DNA of 54,685 bases, taken from IMG/VR virus record IMGVR_UViG_3300048599_000773, positions 1 through 54,685 of that record, one strand, 5' to 3'. The notes below the pieces were generated by a model that was not told the DNA's origin, ran no database searches, and saw only the letters and a list, made by a program, of their open reading frames with translations. The stretch comes from a virus. Its lineage: Duplodnaviria; Caudoviricetes. Below, piece after piece: positions 49,402 to 54,685 of the stretch; positions within the stretch are counted from its first letter, which is position 1, and every line of letters starts with the position of its first letter. A program made the position numbers and the translations under genes.

Positions 49402-50532
49402 TTAATTTTTCATTTTTAACTTGAATTTCTTCACCTGACTGATACGGGTCGGATCATATCCCGTCCTGACTTGAATATCCCCAGTTGATAAATTGTAAAC
49501 AACTGACCACATGGTAGTTGTCTGCGAGATATCTTTTAAAAGTTTCATGGCGTTATTGTCGCTGATAATACCATTGGTTTTTTTCAGAGTCTCAAATGCG
49601 GTTGAATACCGGTCAACGCCAATATGATCTATCGCTCCTGGCGATAAAAGGGACGAAATATCCTTGGTATTATAAAGCTGAAAATTGGTGGCGACTTGCC
49701 ATGGTTGTTCAGTTTGAATCACTTCCATCTTGCCGTCGACAAACTCGATCACGGCGGAATGGCCGGAGGCATCGGCGATTAAACAATGAGAAGGAAGAGG
49801 AAAAGAGATATTATATTTTTTGATCAGCATAATCGCTTCCGCTACATTTTTGGCATGATCCAGCACCAATCGGAATGCATCCCATCCACTTATCGTCATT
49901 TTATTAGGATCATGACTGCTTTCGGCATGGGGAACAGCCATCGTGCCAACAGCCAAACCACATTCATTCATACCATCCAATGGCATCCACGGCATTGTCA
50001 ATAGTTTGGTCCTGTCGAACACTGAAGCAGGGATGTAATTCGGGGGATTGTAGCCGCAATAGCATGGATCGAGTAATGATACTGACCGATAGCCATTTGG
50101 GGGATTAGTAAACAATAATACTGCGGAACGATGGGACCAATCAAAATTGCGTCCGAGTATTGGATTTCCTTTTTCGTTCCGGGCTGAAAATACGCTGCAA
50201 GCCCAATGAGGACTCTTCTGATTCTGAAAATTCCTCCATGCGGCTGTCTTAAGCAGATGAAAATTGGGGTACCTACCCGTTTTCAAAAATTCATCAAATC
50301 CATAATCCCCGTAATAGGTCATTGTGTATAGGGGTTCATCGCCGACTTTGGTAAAGGATAAGATCGTCCGAAGCGGGTTGCCATATAAAAATGAGATACT
50401 AACGATAATAATCAGCAATAATACGGCTACGACCAATAAAATCCCTTTTCGTCTTGATTTTTTTGTTTGAATTTTAATCGTTTTTTCGGGTAATGACTTT
50501 ACTTCTTCCATTTCTGTCGCCCCCTTTCTCAT
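49402..50532 (-). CDS. Membrane-anchored Ntn hydrolase (linear amide C-N hydrolase/choloylglycine hydrolase-like)
   Basis: N-terminal TM, ACSVF nucleophile Cys, GRNFDW, DGMNECGL, ATNF. Confidence 0.85.
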   Translation of the reverse strand: MRKGATEMEEVKSLPEKTIKIQTKKSRRKGILLVVAVLLLIIIVSISFLYGNPLRTILSFTKVGDEPLYTMTYYGDYGFDEFLKTGRYPNFHLLKTAAWRNFQNQKSPHWACSVFSARNEKGNPILGRNFDWSHRSAVLLFTNPPNGYRSVSLLDPCYCGYNPPNYIPASVFDRTKLLTMPWMPLDGMNECGLAVGTMAVPHAESSHDPNKMTISGWDAFRLVLDHAKNVAEAIMLIKKYNISFPLPSHCLIADASGHSAVIEFVDGKMEVIQTEQPWQVATNFQLYNTKDISSLLSPGAIDHIGVDRYSTAFETLKKTNGIISDNNAMKLLKDISQTTTMWSVVYNLSTGDIQVRTGYDPTRISQVKKFKLKMKN

Positions 50533-50769
50533 TTGAATTGATCATAACAGCTTTATATGACTTGGCATACTTACCATAGTACTAAAAAAGGATGTTACTT
50601 ATAGTACTTCTGTACTTAATTTTTCCATTACGGAGGGAAAAACGATGCCGGAAATATTAAATCTCAACGTATTAGATCCCGAGCCGAAAAAATATTGATT
50701 ACCATACCCGCCTGAGGCCGAAAACTTTTGGTTTTTCTCTTGAAGTGGTTTCGTAAGTTAACCGGTGGT

Positions 50770-51209
50770 CTGCTTGAGAAAATATTGGAACGCGACAATC
50801 TGAACACAGCGTTTAAGAAAGTCAAATCCAATAAAGGGACCCATGGGGTGGATGGGATGGAGGCGGATGAACTTCTGCCATACCTAAAGCAACACGGCGA
50901 AACCATCAAACAGGCTATACTGGAGAGGAATTACATCCCCGCCCCGTCAGGAGGGTAGAAATACCGAAACCGGATGGTAGGAGCAGGCAGCTTGGGATAC
51001 CCACGGTGTTGGACCGAATGATTCAACAAGCAATCGCGCAGATATTGATACCGATATTTGAGCCGGGATTTTCGGAGAGCAGTTATGGATTTAGACCGGG
51101 AAGAAGCGCAAAAGATGCAATAATTAAGGCTAAAACCTACATTGAGATGGGTTACAGGTGGGTGATGGACATCGACCTGACGCGCTATTTCGACACGGTC
51201 AACCATTGA
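50770..51209 (+). pseudogene. ltrA: Group II intron reverse transcriptase fragment (RT0-RT3)
   Basis: NKGTHGVDG, frameshift near 50945, RRVEIPKPDG..RQLGIPTVLDR, SYGFRPGRSA, DIDL..YFDTVNH; no YADD. Confidence 0.9.
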
Positions 51210-51399
51210 TGTTGATTTGGCTATTTTTTCAGATTATTTTGAAGGGAGATCCCGAATTGACGGGATAAAGTTTTTACTTTCCAGAGCAAGGAAATATATC
51301 AAAATGGATTTTCAGCCAATACCCTTCACTTATCGGGATTATATTGAACGTGACGGATTTGCCGCCGAAGTTTTAAAAGAAGGAGTAGAGATTGTCTGA
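51208..51399 (+). pseudogene. Minimal nucleotidyltransferase (MNT) 3' fragment
   Basis: DVDLAIFSDYF...F..EVLKEGVEI; N-terminal GS motif missing. Confidence 0.65.
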
Positions 51400-51559
51400 A
51401 AATTATCATATAAAATATAAGCCAAGATGGGCTTATATTTTAATGATTTCATTGTACATATAGTTTATTAAGTATTTAATACTGCGGGTATGCTGAGTTT
51501 ACCTGGCTCTCCAGGTTTTACGTATACTGTGGGTATATTGGATACACCAGATCGACCGA

Positions 51560-51994
51560 TCATTCTGGGTATTGAGAACATTCTTGATACTGTGAGTCTG
51601 CTTCATATTCCGGGTAATTGGCTATATTTCTTTTTCGGCGCATTCTCACATATAATCTGACATAACGATCCGTGGTCACTTTTTCATGGCGCCTTTTAAA
51701 AGGATTCCAAACTTGATAATAAGTACTCCAATAAGCATCCCCGGCCGATACTTGGAAATCTCCCTTCCCAAATATTTTTCCCTTGTTAGCTAAAGCCTGC
51801 TTAAGCAAGTCCGGTCCAACCTTCTGTGCTAGATCCATTAATTGTTGGCCAAGGTAACTTTGGGCACAACCAAGATAAGTACAGGCGGCCAGTTTGGCCA
51901 ATTCACCCCAGCCATATGATTTAGACCAAAGGACAATATCCCATCCGGTCTCTATATCCCTTTTCATTTGTTCAAATGTACTCGGCAAATGCAA
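51560..51994 (-). CDS. Hypothetical protein (start uncertain)
   Basis: 144-aa ORF; no recognised motif. Confidence 0.5.
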   Translation of the reverse strand: MHLPSTFEQMKRDIETGWDIVLWSKSYGWGELAKLAACTYLGCAQSYLGQQLMDLAQKVGPDLLKQALANKGKIFGKGDFQVSAGDAYWSTYYQVWNPFKRRHEKVTTDRYVRLYVRMRRKRNIANYPEYEADSQYQECSQYPE

Positions 51995-52176
51995 TCCCCC
52001 TCTGGTAAAACTAACCTTTTAGAATATATACTATTCTCCTTTCCAATTCTTTGTGATAAATTAACTTATCGGAGACGTTAAAGAAGGCTTATGATGATGC
52101 GTTGATAGTCGGGGAAGTTATGGGGACTGAAAAAGGCATTGATACAAGGAACAAACCAAACGAAACAAAAGAGATT

Positions 52177-52425
52177 CATTGAAAAAGACCCCCGATCTTA
52201 GGTGCGGCTTGGGACTGCCATTAAAAAAGATTAAACCAGCTAAAGGCTGGTTTTTTGTGTTGTTTGACAACATTCCACAACGATTACAGTTTTAGGGATA
52301 AAGTTTATCATGCGATTAGAAAATGAAAGGTTCTAAGGTTTAGTCAATCGTACCTCTGATGCAGAAGTACTCTTGATTTTTGGGAATAGTAATATAAGCA
52401 TATGATAAGTATATTATTTTACTAA
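52177..52425. repeat. att-like repeat copy 9 (internally deleted) plus flank homologous to 30060-30235
   Basis: GACCCCCGATC joined to TTAGGTGCGGCTTGGGACTGCCA (ends 52220), then the hairpin and a shared downstream tract. Confidence 0.85.
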
Positions 52426-52764
52426 AGGCTCCCTTCTCACAAGCGGCATAAAAATATCATCAACGATTTCAATGATCGCTTTATCAGATACCGGTTCATG
52501 TGAAAGCAACTTAGTATAACATATTCAACGAATCCGGCGAAAGGCCGGATTCGTTTTTCTCTATCGATCGGGTCAAAGCAAATAAAAAACGGCCTCTTTT
52601 TTAATGAGTCCGGTTTTAAAATAATAATCATTGACAATATGACACAACCGCGTTACAATAATAATCTAAATTAAAAATATCCATTATTATAATAGCATAT
52701 ATCTATCTATTTTGTCAATAGGGTTTTTAAATTTTTTAAATTTACTACGGCGAGGAGGGTGTCC

Positions 52765-53232
52765 ATGCATTTACCCGGTATTTTTAACGCCATGAACGCG
52801 GCTCTGAAGGAGATGCAGTTGGAGGAGATTCTTCGGTTGAACGAAGCATCCGCCCAATACGGGTTAACCTTAACCGCGTCGGATGTCAAGGAAATTATCG
52901 CAGCCCGAAATCAGGCATTACGAAGCTATGGGCGGGTTGAACTGGACATGGAGGTGGCCCGGAAATTAATCTTGAGTTTTTGTAGTTCGCCCTTGATCGC
53001 GCAGGAGGATTATCCGGTTATTTTGGCCGATTTGCAAGAGATTTTTTATTACCTGAAGAACGAAACGGATGATGCCGTAGGGGATGATGAATTGATCCGG
53101 ATCATCAAGGATTTTTTTGAGAACTCTTGCGGCGGGGAGTTGGAACTGCTTCGGGGCCAGGAACTCGATGGGTTTGTCCGGGATTTCAAACGGCGCCGGG
53201 CCATGGGGAAGGAGAACGGGGATGATTTCTAG
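52765..53232 (+). CDS. DUF6323-like protein
   Basis: GAGGAGG RBS; YGLTLT...RNQAL..YGRVE...FYYLKNE pattern. Confidence 0.65.
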   Translation: MHLPGIFNAMNAALKEMQLEEILRLNEASAQYGLTLTASDVKEIIAARNQALRSYGRVELDMEVARKLILSFCSSPLIAQEDYPVILADLQEIFYYLKNETDDAVGDDELIRIIKDFFENSCGGELELLRGQELDGFVRDFKRRRAMGKENGDDF

Positions 53233-54685
53233 GAAGGAGGAGCGGCAGATAGAGTCCAAGGCGGTTTCCATGAAGGTTTCGGAATCCAAAGACATTACGA
53301 GTCCAACATTGCTCCGTAAGGAAAACCTGAATTCATCCCATTATACGATGTCCTTACTACAAGAGGGTTTTCGGGTGGGGTTGATTGATGAAAGCTTCCT
53401 CCGGAGGATTCAGGGAGATTTCATGCTGATAGTCAAGGAATTAATCCTGCGATATACCCAGGGTGAAAGTACTTCGGTGAAACTTGAAACAGCGGAGACG
53501 ATTCTTAACTCGGTTTATTATGCGCTCGACGCTTTGTTAAGCAGTTATAATAATCCGGAATCCGGGATTGCACTCTTAAAAACCGGCCATGTCCGGGAAA
53601 TCTATGAAAAGGGAATTGGGTTGGTGGCGGCCTGTGTGGCGGAAACCAAAATATTATTTGAGGAAATCCGTAAAAACAAACTAGAGGTGGGGTTGGAGGC
53701 TTACGAGCTTTCAATCGGGGAGGATCTACCGGAGTTTTTCCGGAACTACGGGGTTGTGTTTAAGGCCCATGAGACCATGTGTGGCATGGATTATCCTCTG
53801 GTGTTCGACATTACGGGGGTCGAAGGGATTTTTTATATCAGGCAATATCTTGAAAATTTGCAGATCGAAACACAGTTTTGCCGCCTTTTCCGCCAGGCGG
53901 ATCTGGAGAAGGTCCTGGCCAATTACGGCCGGATTTACCGGATGAATTACCGGAAATCGCTGTTTAATGTTTTTGAATTAGCCTTCAACAACGCAGTTTT
54001 CGCGGTAATCGGCGGATCGTGGGCCGGAGAATTGCGGATTTCAGAGTCACAGTCCAAACGGATCCAAAAGTTATTTCGGAGTATAACCCCTATGGAAATT
54101 GATTCCCGTGTCCAAGAGGCCGTGGCTACGCTAATGAGGAAATTAAGAATCACTACGCCGGAGTTAATCGGATATTTGGAGCGATATCAAACCATTTTTC
54201 AGGGGCGGATTGCCAATGCGGTGGAAAATAATTCACTGTATACCCTAATTCTCAGCGATCCGGTGGAGAAGCGATCCAGTGGAGGGATGATCTTTGAAGC
54301 CGGGCCGAAAATGCCGGATGAAGATTTTCGAAAGGTAGTTCGGCAAATCCGGGAATGCGCAAACTTTCGGGATAAGGCCAATCTCATCCGGGCCGAAATT
54401 CACGCGGTGGAGGATTTGGTGGATATCTTTGAAACGGATTGCCTGATGGGAAACGAATTTGGAGCGGTTTTCAGTGCCTTTAACGCGATGGAATTGGCGG
54501 TTTTGGGCAGAATCGTGTTTTTCGAACAATTGCGAAACAAACCGCTGGATTTAACGGAAATCCTGATGGAGCGCCAGGAAACCGAATGGGAATGGCAGGC
54601 TCAATACTTGAAGTTTCTCCGGGGATTAAGCGCGGAACGGCTTAAGGCGATTGCAAGCCTGGTTAATTTAGTTGAAATGTCACCC
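53222..54685 (+). CDS. DUF6179-like protein, runs off the window end
   Basis: Frame from ATG 53222 appears open to the window edge; YTQGESTSVKLETAETILNSV and MDYPL motifs; overlaps the upstream gene. Confidence 0.65.
   Translation, partial: MISRKEERQIESKAVSMKVSESKDITSPTLLRKENLNSSHYTMSLLQEGFRVGLIDESFLRRIQGDFMLIVKELILRYTQGESTSVKLETAETILNSVYYALDALLSSYNNPESGIALLKTGHVREIYEKGIGLVAACVAETKILFEEIRKNKLEVGLEAYELSIGEDLPEFFRNYGVVFKAHETMCGMDYPLVFDITGVEGIFYIRQYLENLQIETQFCRLFRQADLEKVLANYGRIYRMNYRKSLFNVFELAFNNAVFAVIGGSWAGELRISESQSKRIQKLFRSITPMEIDSRVQEAVATLMRKLRITTPELIGYLERYQTIFQGRIANAVENNSLYTLILSDPVEKRSSGGMIFEAGPKMPDEDFRKVVRQIRECANFRDKANLIRAEIHAVEDLVDIFETDCLMGNEFGAVFSAFNAMELAVLGRIVFFEQLRNKPLDLTEILMERQETEWEWQAQYLKFLRGLSAERLKAIASLVNLVEMSP

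Noticed and set aside
50728-51209. Diversity-generating retroelement or retron acting on the tail fibre
   Set aside because: The RT is a truncated, frameshifted group II intron type; no template/variable repeat pair was seen near the fibre gene.
28681-52260. CRISPR array interpretation of the recurring repeat
   Set aside because: Spacing ranges from ~100 bp to >10 kb, most intervals contain whole genes, and no cas genes are present.

Overview
This looks like a Bacillota-type chromosomal region with three parts. (1) Positions 1 to ~15.7 kb hold a compact prophage core: repressor/Cro switch, replication initiator with iterons, DnaC-like loader, late activator, terminase, portal, scaffold, capsid, adaptor, a few tail-tip-like proteins and lysis genes. 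No tail tube or tape-measure gene is recognisable. A ~1 kb region rich in pairable arms and lacking any convincing ORF lies between the fibre gene and the lysis genes, and is a candidate large structured ncRNA. (2) Positions ~16-52 kb form a defence/accessory island. It carries a IIG-like RM fusion, C5 MTase, Vsr, a Gabija-like pair, several TA modules, an XRE+IrrE-led Type I RM operon with an inserted NucC-like nuclease, Fic/Doc and a GmrSD-like cluster. The island is divided into cassettes by nine copies of an att-like repeat that encodes the C-terminal tail of a putative large serine recombinase, sometimes coupled to a SymE toxin gene. The pattern suggests integron-like accretion of phage right ends. 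(3) From ~52.7 kb, probable chromosomal genes resume (DUF6323/DUF6179-like). All family calls come from motif recognition by eye; no database searches or folding programs were run.
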